A DNA stretch of 33,868 nt from Prochlorococcus sp. AG-355-B18 (GTDB lineage Bacteria > Cyanobacteriota > Cyanobacteriia > PCC-6307 > Cyanobiaceae), in NCBI GenBank assembly GCA_003280965.1, contig QCDI01000012.1, forward strand, positions 1 through 33,868, in the 5' to 3' direction. The notes beneath the pieces are model-generated. The model was not told where the DNA came from and searched no databases. It was given only the letters and a program-made list of their open reading frames with translations. A program made the position numbers and the translations under genes. The stretch's first letter is position 1. Each line of letters opens with the position of its first letter. This document shows positions 7,497-16,559 of this stretch, in pieces.

Positions 7497-7601
7497 ATGA
7501 AATTTTTCTATGAAAAATTTTGGGTTCCATATCTTGGTTATATTTTATCAAAATTTGTTTTTTTAATAGAAGGTAAAAAAAAAGGCACTAAAAAAAAATA
7601 G
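7497..7601 (+). CDS. Putative microprotein (34 aa, not in ORF track)
   Basis: MKFFYEKFWVPYLGYILSKFVFLIEGKKKGTKKK; ATG 6 nt after the previous stop. Confidence 0.4.
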   Translation: MKFFYEKFWVPYLGYILSKFVFLIEGKKKGTKKK

Positions 7602-7741
7602 AATAATTACTTTTGCTCTAATAAAGTATTTTTAAATACATAATTTAAGCCAATATATTTTGATAACAACAAAAGATGTACTTTAAATTTATGAATATAT
7701 GCATGGTTGAGATATAAATAATTGCTTTTTAGCAAAATAAA

Positions 7742-7921
7742 ATGAACAAAAAAAATATGTTGAAGCCATATACAGTGCATTACCGTGATTTTCAAAATAT
7801 AAGATTAGAAAACTGTTTTTATGCTTTTGATGCTTACGAGGCTAGAACATTAGCAATGGAATTTAATAAGTATATACACGAGCATCCAAACAGCATAGAC
7901 CTAATAAGGTGCGAAAACTGA
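7742..7921 (+). CDS. Small protein (59 aa, not in ORF track), probably a conserved picocyanobacterial family
   Basis: MNKKNMLKPYTVHYRDFQNIRLENCFYAFDAYEARTLAMEFNKYIHEHPNSIDLIRCEN. Locally higher GC than the flanks; the YTV..DAYEAR..HPN.ID pattern is familiar from picocyanobacteria (recollection). Confidence 0.72.
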   Translation: MNKKNMLKPYTVHYRDFQNIRLENCFYAFDAYEARTLAMEFNKYIHEHPNSIDLIRCEN

Positions 7922-7955
7922 ATAAAATTTTTGAGTAATATAAATAAAATTCTAT

Positions 7956-8666
7956 TTAAACACTTAAGAACTTATCTATAACTGCTTGACTCAACTCATT
8001 AGTATTTCCGCTAGCAACGATACCTCCGCGTTGCATCGCATAATATCTATTGGCTTGTCTTACAAAATGCAAGTGTTGTTCAACTAATAAAACACCAATT
8101 CCTGTATCTCTAATTATCTGGTTAATTGCATTCTCAATGTCTAAAACTATATTCGGCTGAATACCTTCCGTTGGTTCGTCAAGTAGTAGAAGTTTAGGTT
8201 TGCCCAGCAATGCTCTTGCAATAGCTAATTGCTGTTGTTGCCCTCCACTAAGATCTCCTCCTTTCCTTTGAAGAAAATCTTTTAGGATTGGGAAGAGATC
8301 ATAAATAAATGGATCAATTTTCTTGTTCTTAGATAATCCACCGGGAAGAGACTCCATTCCTAACATAAGATTCTCTTCAACTGAAAGATATGGAATAATT
8401 TCTCTGCCTTGAGGAACGTAAGCCATTCCTTTCCTAGCCCTCTGATGAGGTGCTTTTCTATTGATATTTTCACCAATTAAATAAATATCGCCTTTTTTTT
8501 GTTTCAACAAACCAATTAGAGATTTCAATAAAGTTGTTTTGCCTACTCCATTTCTTCCAATCAAACAAACCATTTCTCCTGATTTAACATTTAAATCTAC
8601 ATCTCTAAGAATATGACTCTCGCCATAATAAGTATTTAAGGATTTTATTTCGAGTAAATTTTCCAT
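7956..8666 (-). CDS. urtE: Urea ABC transporter ATP-binding subunit
   Basis: GRNGVGKT, LSGGQ, LLLDEPTEGIQP; last gene of the urt operon. Confidence 0.96.
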   Translation of the reverse strand: MENLLEIKSLNTYYGESHILRDVDLNVKSGEMVCLIGRNGVGKTTLLKSLIGLLKQKKGDIYLIGENINRKAPHQRARKGMAYVPQGREIIPYLSVEENLMLGMESLPGGLSKNKKIDPFIYDLFPILKDFLQRKGGDLSGGQQQQLAIARALLGKPKLLLLDEPTEGIQPNIVLDIENAINQIIRDTGIGVLLVEQHLHFVRQANRYYAMQRGGIVASGNTNELSQAVIDKFLSV

Positions 8667-8668
8667 AA

Positions 8669-9418
8669 CTAGTCCTCAGGTCTTCCTAAATAAACATCAA
8701 TAACTTTTTTGTCTTTTTGTATGGTTTCCATCGTTCCCTCACATAATACTGTGCCCTGATTTAATACTGAAACATTACTATCAAGTCGTCGTATAAATTC
8801 CATATCGTGATCTATTACCACTACGGTATTTTCTCCTGATAAAGATTTTAATAAATCAGCTGTAAGATCAGTTTCTTCATCAGTTAAACCCGCAACAGGT
8901 TCATCTACTAACATTAAATCTGGCTTCTGTCCTACTAACATGGCTATCTCGAGCCATTGTTTTTGGCCATGCGATAAAGAACCAGCTTTAGAATCAACTT
9001 TTTGAGCTAAATTAACAATCTTCATAAGACGTTCAATCTCATTAAGCTGCTCATCCTTAATAATCTTATTTATAAGGTTTAAGGGACTTTTCGGAGTTGT
9101 CACCGATATTTCAAGATTTTCTTTAACAGTTAGATTTTCAAAGATTCTTGGACTTTGGAACTTTCTTCCTACTCCAAGTCTGGCAATTTTATGTTCCTTT
9201 CTACCTACTAAAGATTTCCCTTTAAAAATTACTTCACCTTTCGTTGGCTTAACCTTTCCAGTTATTACATCTAGAAATGTTGTTTTACCCGCGCCGTTGG
9301 GTCCTATTACAGCTCTTAATTCTCCTTTCTTTAAATTTAAATTAAGTTTGTTGAGAGCTAAAAAACCCTCGAAACTAACAGTAATATCTATTAAATTTAG
9401 AAGATCTTTATTATTCAT
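8669..9418 (-). CDS. urtD: Urea ABC transporter ATP-binding subunit
   Basis: GPNGAGKT, GRKFQSP, LSHGQKQWLEI. Confidence 0.96.
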   Translation of the reverse strand: MNNKDLLNLIDITVSFEGFLALNKLNLNLKKGELRAVIGPNGAGKTTFLDVITGKVKPTKGEVIFKGKSLVGRKEHKIARLGVGRKFQSPRIFENLTVKENLEISVTTPKSPLNLINKIIKDEQLNEIERLMKIVNLAQKVDSKAGSLSHGQKQWLEIAMLVGQKPDLMLVDEPVAGLTDEETDLTADLLKSLSGENTVVVIDHDMEFIRRLDSNVSVLNQGTVLCEGTMETIQKDKKVIDVYLGRPED

Positions 9419-10541
9419 TATTACCCTCTTTATTGTTAACTTCTAAGCTTGGATAGGTTTCAATCTTCCTTTTCAAACCAAATCTTTGAAGAAGATTCCT
9501 AGGACCATCTCCTTGAATCCATCCTAAAACTCCTTCTGGCAGAGCGGTTACAACTAAGATAAATAATCCTCCTTGAATAAACATCCAGCTAGCAGGTAAA
9601 GCTTCACTTACTAGACTTTTTGCATAGTTGATGAAAACTGCTCCCAGTATCGCTCCTAATAAAGTTCCTCTCCCTCCAACAGCAACCCAAATAACCATTT
9701 CTATAGAAAAGGGAACCGTCATAAATTGGGGTGAGACTATTCCAGACTGAACTGTATATAAAGCCCCTGAAATGCCAGCGAGACCTCCAGCAATAGAAAA
9801 TATTATTGTCTTGAATATAACCGGATTGTATCCTGTAAACCTAACTCGTGGTTCATCATCTCGGATTCCTATGAGAATATTCCCAAACCTTCCTTTAACT
9901 ACCCACTTTGCAAAAAACCATGCTGCTATTACTAGGATGGCAGTCACCCAAAAGAATAGTCTTTGCATGGATTCAGAACCTACCATCTGACCAAATAGTT
10001 GTGTTACATCTGTTTTTAATCCATTTGTTCCGTTAATAAGTTTTTGTTGGCCATTAAAGAAGTTAAAGAATACAAGAAGAGAAGCTTGAGTAAGTATAGA
10101 AAAATATACCCCTTTGATTCTATTCCTGAAAACAAGAAATCCAATTAAACCTGAAACTAATGCTGGAATTATCCAGATAGCGAAGAAGGTGAAAACAGGC
10201 GATCTAAACGGTTCCCAGAAAAAAGGTAATTTTTCTACACCATATAAAGCAAAAAATTCAGGAATATTATTTGGAAATTCAGAAGAACTGGTTATTTGCA
10301 AATACATTGCTGCACAATATCCACCTAATGCAAAAAATATACCTTGTCCAAGACTTAGTAAACCTGTATATCCCCAGATAAGATCAACTCCAAGAGCAAC
10401 TATTGACAATGATAAGTATCTACCTAGAAGGTTTAGTCTAAATACAGGGAGTATAGTTGGTGCTGCAATAATTAAGGCTATTAATATTATCCAAAATGAT
10501 AATACTATTTTTTTATCAAATTTAATTTTACTTAAGGACAT
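9411..10541 (-). CDS. urtC: Urea ABC transporter permease
   Basis: DLIWGYTGLLSLGQG, IRDDEPRVRFTGY, WVAVGGRGTL. Confidence 0.96.
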   Translation of the reverse strand: MSLSKIKFDKKIVLSFWIILIALIIAAPTILPVFRLNLLGRYLSLSIVALGVDLIWGYTGLLSLGQGIFFALGGYCAAMYLQITSSSEFPNNIPEFFALYGVEKLPFFWEPFRSPVFTFFAIWIIPALVSGLIGFLVFRNRIKGVYFSILTQASLLVFFNFFNGQQKLINGTNGLKTDVTQLFGQMVGSESMQRLFFWVTAILVIAAWFFAKWVVKGRFGNILIGIRDDEPRVRFTGYNPVIFKTIIFSIAGGLAGISGALYTVQSGIVSPQFMTVPFSIEMVIWVAVGGRGTLLGAILGAVFINYAKSLVSEALPASWMFIQGGLFILVVTALPEGVLGWIQGDGPRNLLQRFGLKRKIETYPSLEVNNKEGNNE

Positions 10542-11695
10542 TAGTTTTCTACCATCCTTCCTTTTTGAGGAAATAAACCAGTAGGTTTAAATTGTAAGAA
10601 TATAACAATCAGTGCAAAAATCATTACCCTTGCCATACTTGTTGTAGCAAAAAAGTTGATTGTGTTTGATAGTGGTAAAGGCATATCTGGCCATATTGAT
10701 AAGAGCCTTCCAGCTCCAATTAAATCTGTCATTATTCCTATTCCAAATGAAGCAAGTACTGTTCCTAATAAATTTCCTACTCCTCCCAGCACTACAACCA
10801 TAAAACAACCAACTATATAGTTTCCTCCAACATTTGGTCCTACAGAACCTAAAAGTGATACTGCTACCCCGGCAACTCCTGCCAATCCAGAGCCTATCCC
10901 AAAAGTAATAATATCTACTTTTTCAGTAGATATACCAAGGCAATCGCTCATTTGTCTGTTCTGAGTAACTGCTCTTATACGCATACCCCATGCACTTTGA
11001 TTAAGAAATAATGTTATTGCTATTACAGAGATTAGTGTAATTACAATTATCATTAATCTTGTTTTAGGAAATGCAGTTCCAATAATTTCTACTTGACCTC
11101 TCATCCAAGAGGGTGCTGTTACATCAACATTACGAGCACTTGCTCTACTAAGTTTGCTGACAGAGGATGAGATTATGCTACCTGACAGGACCCCAGTTAA
11201 AGCAGCAAATATCCAAGAACTAAATTTAAAATATTTAAAATTTATTGATTCTTTTATTTTTGAAGGAAAAGTTGTCGGCAGAAATAAACCAATTATCAGA
11301 CTTATAACAAGACCAGTCCCGTAAGCTAAAGGTACACTTCTTACAAATTGTTGAAGAATTAAGCTTACTCCCCAGGTGGCGAGAAGCGTTTCTAGTGGAC
11401 TTCCATAAAGCTTTCTTATTATGGTTTTTTCAAGGAGAATGCCTACCACTCCACTAACAATAAAAGCAAGGAATATTGAAACTATTATGTATGAATTGTA
11501 AAAGGGTTTTAATATAGGTAATTTAAAAATTAATTGCGTAACATATGTTGTGTAAGCTCCAAGCATCATAAGCTCTCCATGGGCAAGATTAATTACACCC
11601 ATTAGACCAAAAACAATTGCCAGACCTAATGCAGCAACAAGTAGTACTGATCCGATTGCAACACCATTAAAAAGACTATCGAGAAGTAACTCCAA
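10541..11695 (-). CDS. urtB: Urea ABC transporter permease
   Basis: ALGLAIVFGLMGVINLAHGE, RAVTQNR; TTG start. Confidence 0.96.
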   Translation of the reverse strand: MELLLDSLFNGVAIGSVLLVAALGLAIVFGLMGVINLAHGELMMLGAYTTYVTQLIFKLPILKPFYNSYIIVSIFLAFIVSGVVGILLEKTIIRKLYGSPLETLLATWGVSLILQQFVRSVPLAYGTGLVISLIIGLFLPTTFPSKIKESINFKYFKFSSWIFAALTGVLSGSIISSSVSKLSRASARNVDVTAPSWMRGQVEIIGTAFPKTRLMIIVITLISVIAITLFLNQSAWGMRIRAVTQNRQMSDCLGISTEKVDIITFGIGSGLAGVAGVAVSLLGSVGPNVGGNYIVGCFMVVVLGGVGNLLGTVLASFGIGIMTDLIGAGRLLSIWPDMPLPLSNTINFFATTSMARVMIFALIVIFLQFKPTGLFPQKGRMVEN

Positions 11696-11723
11696 TTTAG
11701 AAAAAGAAAGTATTTGATTATAT

Positions 11724-11757
11724 AAAATAAAAGGAGGTGTAAACCTCCTTTTATTTT
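11724..11757. terminator. Perfect 15-bp stem-loop between urtA and urtB (terminator or mRNA stabiliser)
   Basis: AAAATAAAAGGAGGT-GTAA-ACCTCCTTTTATTTT. Confidence 0.85.
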
Positions 11758-11778
11758 GTAGTATAGGTTTTAATAAAA

Positions 11779-13056
11779 TTAAAGCTTATACTTTTCTCCT
11801 TTTGAAGGATCTGTCCAATCACATGCAAATCCTTTTGAACTTGGATGCTTTTGGTTCCATGCTTGAGGAAGAACAACTCCAGTCTCTTCAAGAATTGTAA
11901 ATCCACCCTCTGCATTAATCTCACCAATTCTTACTGTTTGAGATAGGTGGTGATTGGGCATAACTTCAACAGGACCTTGTGGGGCATCAAATTTTTGACC
12001 AACTAGGGCTTTCCTAACTGCGTTGTCGTCGAACGTCCCAGCATCTTCAACGGCCTGTTTCCATAAATAAACCATGTTATAGGCAGATTCTTGTGGATCA
12101 GCTACAACACGATCAGCTCCCCATCTTTTCTTGAAACTTGCAGCAAATTTCTTAGAAGCAGGAGTATCAATTGACATCATGTAGTTCCATGCGCCGTAGT
12201 GACCTTCAAGGAACTCAGGACCAATTGTACTAATCTCTTCTTCGGCAATCGAATAGTTCATTACGTAGTATCCACTTGAAGGAGTGATTCCTGCGTCTTG
12301 AATCTGTTTGAAGAATGCAACGTTTTGGTCACCATTAAGTGTATTGATGATTATTCCACCATCAGGCAATGCCTTTTTGATTTTTGAGATAATTGGAGCA
12401 ACTTCAGTATTTCCTAGTGGAAGGTAATCTTCTCCAACAACTTTACCTCCTAACTGTTCTACTTGAGCTTTAGTAATTGTGTTAGAGGTTCTTGGGAAAA
12501 CATAATCTGAACCTACAAGGAAGAAATCTCCACCAGCTGCGGGAGAGCGCTTATACATAAAATCAGTGGCTGGTTCTGATTGTTGGTTTGGTGTGGCTCC
12601 TGTATAGAAAATGTTGTTAGAACATTCTTGAGCTTCATATTGAATCGGGTAATAAAGGAAAGCATCCTTTGATTCGTAGACTGGTAACATTGCCTTTCTA
12701 CTTGCAGATGTCCAACCACCAAATACGACAGGAACTCCGTCTTGGTCAATAAGTTTCTTGGATTTTTCAGCAAAAGTAGGCCAGTCAGATGCACCATCTT
12801 CAACTATGTATTCTATTTTGTAGCTTTTGCCGCCAACTGTTACACCGCCGGCAGCATTGATCTCTTCAATAGCCATTTTTTCTGTATCAACAAGCGTTGA
12901 TTCAGAAATAGCCATTGTTCCGGATAACGAATGTAAAATACCAACGGTTACTGTGTCATCGAAACTTCCGGAGGTTCCACCTCCACCACATGAAGTTGCT
13001 GTGACAGCAAGTGAGGCAGTAGCTAATCCTGCCAAAATACGCCTTGAAATTCTCAT
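11779..13056 (-). CDS. urtA: Urea ABC transporter substrate-binding lipoprotein
   Basis: Lipobox-like ATSC, VGILHSLSGTMAISE, EDGASDWPTFAEK, GGWTSASRKA. Confidence 0.97.
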   Translation of the reverse strand: MRISRRILAGLATASLAVTATSCGGGGTSGSFDDTVTVGILHSLSGTMAISESTLVDTEKMAIEEINAAGGVTVGGKSYKIEYIVEDGASDWPTFAEKSKKLIDQDGVPVVFGGWTSASRKAMLPVYESKDAFLYYPIQYEAQECSNNIFYTGATPNQQSEPATDFMYKRSPAAGGDFFLVGSDYVFPRTSNTITKAQVEQLGGKVVGEDYLPLGNTEVAPIISKIKKALPDGGIIINTLNGDQNVAFFKQIQDAGITPSSGYYVMNYSIAEEEISTIGPEFLEGHYGAWNYMMSIDTPASKKFAASFKKRWGADRVVADPQESAYNMVYLWKQAVEDAGTFDDNAVRKALVGQKFDAPQGPVEVMPNHHLSQTVRIGEINAEGGFTILEETGVVLPQAWNQKHPSSKGFACDWTDPSKGEKYKL

Positions 13057-13104
13057 GAATTAGGATAAATTAGGTAATTGACCCTCATTAGGGGGATAAA
13101 GTAA

Positions 13105-13146
13105 AAGTTATAAACGAGTGGGATTTCATTTTGTATCAGTCGTAAC
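13105..13146 (-). promoter_or_regulatory. NtcA-activated class II promoter of urtA
   Basis: GTT-N8-TAC (GTTACGACTGATAC, 13146-13133), exactly 22 nt, then TAACTT (TAN3T, 13110-13105). Confidence 0.85.
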
Positions 13147-13190
13147 TTTTTGTTGAATCCAATATATTACTAATGAGTATTTTTTTAGTC

Positions 13191-13796
13191 TTATTTTATA
13201 GGTATTTGCGATTTTAAAAATTGTGTAACTTCTTCAACTCCCTCGCCGATATTAAGGTTGGTAAAAAACCATGGTTTTCCTTTTCGCATTAATTCCGTAT
13301 CATTTTTCATAATTTTTAAATCGGCACCAACCATATCTGCCAAGTCAATTTTGTTTATTAATAATAAATCTGATCTAGTTATCCCCGGTCCACCTTTCCT
13401 AGGTATTTTGTCTCCTGCAGATACATCAATTACATAAATTGATAAATCTACAAGTTCTGGACTGAAACTAGCCGCTAAATTATCTCCTCCACTTTCTACA
13501 AAGATAAAATCTAAAGGATTAAATTTATTTTCTAGATCAAAAACTGCATTTTTATTTAAGGAGCAATCCTCTCTTATAGCTGTGTGGGGACAACCTCCTG
13601 TTTCTACTCCAATAATCCTTCCCTGTTCTAAAACCTTTTTATTTATTAGAAAATTAGCATCTTCTTTTGTGTATATATCATTGGTAACAACAGCTATCTC
13701 ATAATTTTTTTTGAGACTTAAACAAAGAGTCTCTACTAGTGCAGTTTTACCTGAACCTACTGGCCCAGCGACTCCTACTCTCAATTTACTACTCAT
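13191..13796 (-). CDS. ureG: Urease accessory GTPase
   Basis: [26 protein letters not shown]. Confidence 0.98.
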   Translation of the reverse strand: MSSKLRVGVAGPVGSGKTALVETLCLSLKKNYEIAVVTNDIYTKEDANFLINKKVLEQGRIIGVETGGCPHTAIREDCSLNKNAVFDLENKFNPLDFIFVESGGDNLAASFSPELVDLSIYVIDVSAGDKIPRKGGPGITRSDLLLINKIDLADMVGADLKIMKNDTELMRKGKPWFFTNLNIGEGVEEVTQFLKSQIPIK

Positions 13797-13799
13797 AAA

Positions 13800-14486
13800 T
13801 TAATTTCTAAAAAGTTTTGTATAAAGTTCATTATGATTTTGTTGTGCCATAGCTAAACCTACATTGCCAAAATAAATGTCATTAATTTTTGTGTCCATTA
13901 TTTCTCTAGAAACTTCGGAAATTATTGCCAATAAATCTCTCTGAATTAATTGTGATTTTGTTGATCCCATAGGAATAAGTCTTAGAGCTGCACTTAGTTG
14001 ATTAGCACTCCATGCATATAAGAAGTTTTCTACCATTTCCAATTCCGCGATTTCAAAACAAAAGCAAGCCCAACTCCATGCTAACGGCCAAGAGCTTTTT
14101 TTATTCTTTTCATAAGGATATTCAAATCCAAATTCCTTAGTTAAATCAAAAAGAGATTTTGACATTTGAATTTGTTGTTCTCTTATTTCGATAGAGTCCT
14201 TAGTTGCGAGAATCCATTTATCCAAACTTAATAGTTTTTTTAAATTACTTTCTAAACTTTTAGCCTTGTGTATTTGCTTAAAAGTATTAAAAAACTCGAG
14301 TAAGATTTTTGCATCCAATTTTATCTGGCCTATTTTTAGTTCAGAAATAATTATATTCTTTACGTATTCAGGTTCTTTTATATTTTTACTATCAAAAAAA
14401 CTTTCTAATCCTTCGGAATAACAAAATCCACCAACTGGTAAATTAGGACTTATTAATAAATATTTAAGTAAATGACTTTTATTCAT
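13800..14486 (-). CDS. ureF: Urease accessory protein F
   Basis: SPNLPVGGFCYSEGLE; C-terminal H...YTKLFRN. Confidence 0.95.
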   Translation of the reverse strand: MNKSHLLKYLLISPNLPVGGFCYSEGLESFFDSKNIKEPEYVKNIIISELKIGQIKLDAKILLEFFNTFKQIHKAKSLESNLKKLLSLDKWILATKDSIEIREQQIQMSKSLFDLTKEFGFEYPYEKNKKSSWPLAWSWACFCFEIAELEMVENFLYAWSANQLSAALRLIPMGSTKSQLIQRDLLAIISEVSREIMDTKINDIYFGNVGLAMAQQNHNELYTKLFRN

Positions 14487-14928
14487 GATTATGAGCTCCT
14501 GTTTCAGGAAAAAATTTTTTCATGATTTTTTTTACTTCAACATCAAAATTTTTAAGCATATTTTCAATAACGTAATCACCTTTAGTTAAAAGAATATTAT
14601 TTTTAATTTCTACTTCTACGTGTCTATTGCCTAAATGATAAGCAGTCTTAATAAGTTCAAGTTTAGATTTAGAACTTATTTCAATTAAATTTTCTGTTTT
14701 GGCAATTATCTCTACATAAAAGCTTGACTTATTGGTTAAAAGTATATCTCCATCATTTAATTTGCCGTTTCTTGGTAATTGTAAGATTATTTCTTGATCA
14801 CAATCTGATAATCTTTTGCCTCGTAAGATTCTTCTTTCATCAGAACTTAATGTAAGTTTTAAAAATAAACCTTCTTGGGGTTTTTCTTTAATCCAATCAG
14901 TTACTACAATTTGTTTATTTATGCTCAT
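14479..14928 (-). CDS. ureE: Urease accessory nickel chaperone
   Basis: AYHLGNRH, FFPETGAHNHE. ATG at 14928 preferred over the TTG at 14973. Confidence 0.95.
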   Translation of the reverse strand: MSINKQIVVTDWIKEKPQEGLFLKLTLSSDERRILRGKRLSDCDQEIILQLPRNGKLNDGDILLTNKSSFYVEIIAKTENLIEISSKSKLELIKTAYHLGNRHVEVEIKNNILLTKGDYVIENMLKNFDVEVKKIMKKFFPETGAHNHE

Positions 14929-14976
14929 AATCAATATTTTTAGTTGCTTTAATTTAGTAATTAAAGAAAACAATTT

Positions 14977-15879
14977 ATGATTAAAACATCCTGGGAAGGG
15001 AATTGTTTCTTGAATTTTTTTAATAATAAAGCAAGTTTGGGAAATGTTGATAAAACAATCTTTAAATCTAAATCAACTTCTCCATATAAGTTATTGAAGT
15101 CTACTCATGATCAGGAAGGTAGATGCATTTTACCTATTCTTCATACAGCAGGTGGATTGGTTGGCGGAGATTTGCTTGAGTTTGAAGTTAATCTTGAAAG
15201 GAATTCTAAGGTTTTGTTAACCACTTCATCAGCTCAGAAGGTATACGGATCTGTTGGAAGATCTAAAATTAATCCAGAGGGAAGTTTTTCTAAGCAAAAT
15301 AATTTCATAAATATTCTTGAAAATTCTCATTTAGAATATCTCCCTCAAGAAACAATTATCTTTGCAAATGGTTTATATGATCAGAAGTTTAAAATATCTA
15401 TTTCAGAAACTTCAAGTTTTTTATTTACTGATTTAATAAGACTTGGAAGATCTTCTTCTGGAGAGTCTATTGAAAGTGGAATCTTTAGATCCAAATTAGA
15501 AATTATGAGAAATAACGATTTGTATGATGAATGGGAATATGTTGATCAAATTGAATTATCTAAAGAAAGTTATGAAGCCAAGTCAGGAATGGATTGCATG
15601 CCAGTATTTGGATCCTTGATTTGGATTTGCGAAAAAGATTTTTCTAAATCAAAAATCAATAATCTAGTAGATAATATAAAAAAGATTTTTAAAGAAAGTA
15701 ACAATCATTTATCTATTGGAATTCTTGAAAATGGTATTTCTGTAAGATTTTTAGGGAGTTCTTCTCAAGAGGCTAGGAAGTGTTTTTTTTGTATTTGGAA
15801 ACAAATTAGGTCTGTTTGTGGATTTTGTGAGCCAAAATATCAAGGTGTATGGCCTTTACAAGATTCTATGAATTATTAA
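14977..15879 (+). CDS. ureD: Urease accessory protein D
   Basis: [26 protein letters not shown]. Confidence 0.96.
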   Translation: MIKTSWEGNCFLNFFNNKASLGNVDKTIFKSKSTSPYKLLKSTHDQEGRCILPILHTAGGLVGGDLLEFEVNLERNSKVLLTTSSAQKVYGSVGRSKINPEGSFSKQNNFINILENSHLEYLPQETIIFANGLYDQKFKISISETSSFLFTDLIRLGRSSSGESIESGIFRSKLEIMRNNDLYDEWEYVDQIELSKESYEAKSGMDCMPVFGSLIWICEKDFSKSKINNLVDNIKKIFKESNNHLSIGILENGISVRFLGSSSQEARKCFFCIWKQIRSVCGFCEPKYQGVWPLQDSMNY

Positions 15880-15929
15880 TTATGTTCAGTAAGAACCTTT
15901 TTTAGAATTTTATAGATTAATTTTTTATT

Positions 15930-16232
15930 ATGCGTCTTTCACCTCAAGAAAAGGATAAATTATTAATTTTTTCAGCTGCGCTATTAGCTGAAAGAAGACT
16001 TAACAGAGGTTTGAAATTAAATTATCCTGAAACAATTGCTTTTTTAAGTTTTCAAGTTCTTGAAGGAGCAAGAGATGGCAAAAGTGTAAGTCAATTAATG
16101 TCTGAGGGAACTACTTGGCTTTCGAAATCACAAGTTATGGATGGCATTCCTGAAATGGTTGATGAAGTCCAAATAGAAGCGATTTTTCCCGATGGGACAA
16201 AATTAGTTACTATTCACAATCCAATTAATTAA
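15930..16232 (+). CDS. ureA: Urease gamma subunit
   Basis: [11 protein letters not shown]...[14 protein letters not shown]. Confidence 0.98.
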   Translation: MRLSPQEKDKLLIFSAALLAERRLNRGLKLNYPETIAFLSFQVLEGARDGKSVSQLMSEGTTWLSKSQVMDGIPEMVDEVQIEAIFPDGTKLVTIHNPIN

Positions 16233-16234
16233 TT

Positions 16235-16555
16235 ATGAGTAATTTAATACCTGGCGAAATAATTCCAGAACAAGGTGAAATTGAATTAAATCTTGGTAAG
16301 GATGTTAAAACAATAATTGTTTCTAATTCTGGTGATAGGCCAGTACAAGTTGGATCTCATTATCATTTTTTTGAAGCTAACAAGGCATTAATTTTTGATC
16401 GAGAACTAACACTTGGTATGCGTCTTGATATCCCTGCTGGAACGGCAATTAGATTTGAACCGGGAGATACAACAGAAGTGAAATTAGTTCCATATGCAGG
16501 TTTTAGAAATGCATATGGTTTTAATTCATTAGTCAATGGTTCTCTAGATACTTAA
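16235..16555 (+). CDS. ureB: Urease beta subunit
   Basis: [32 protein letters not shown]. Confidence 0.98.
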   Translation: MSNLIPGEIIPEQGEIELNLGKDVKTIIVSNSGDRPVQVGSHYHFFEANKALIFDRELTLGMRLDIPAGTAIRFEPGDTTEVKLVPYAGFRNAYGFNSLVNGSLDT

Positions 16556-16559
16556 AATT

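Noticed and set aside
7607..7795. 62-aa minus-strand ORF in the track
   Set aside because: Overlaps the more convincing 59-aa plus-strand ORF at 7742-7921.
9772..13063. Track ORFs 9772-9990, 10114-10584, 10587-10808, 12513-12803 and 12827-13063
   Set aside because: Antisense or alternate-frame shadows inside urt genes.
15847..15861. TGTATGGCCTTTACA upstream of ureA as an NtcA site
   Set aside because: The spacer is 7 nt, not 8, and the site lies in ureD coding sequence.
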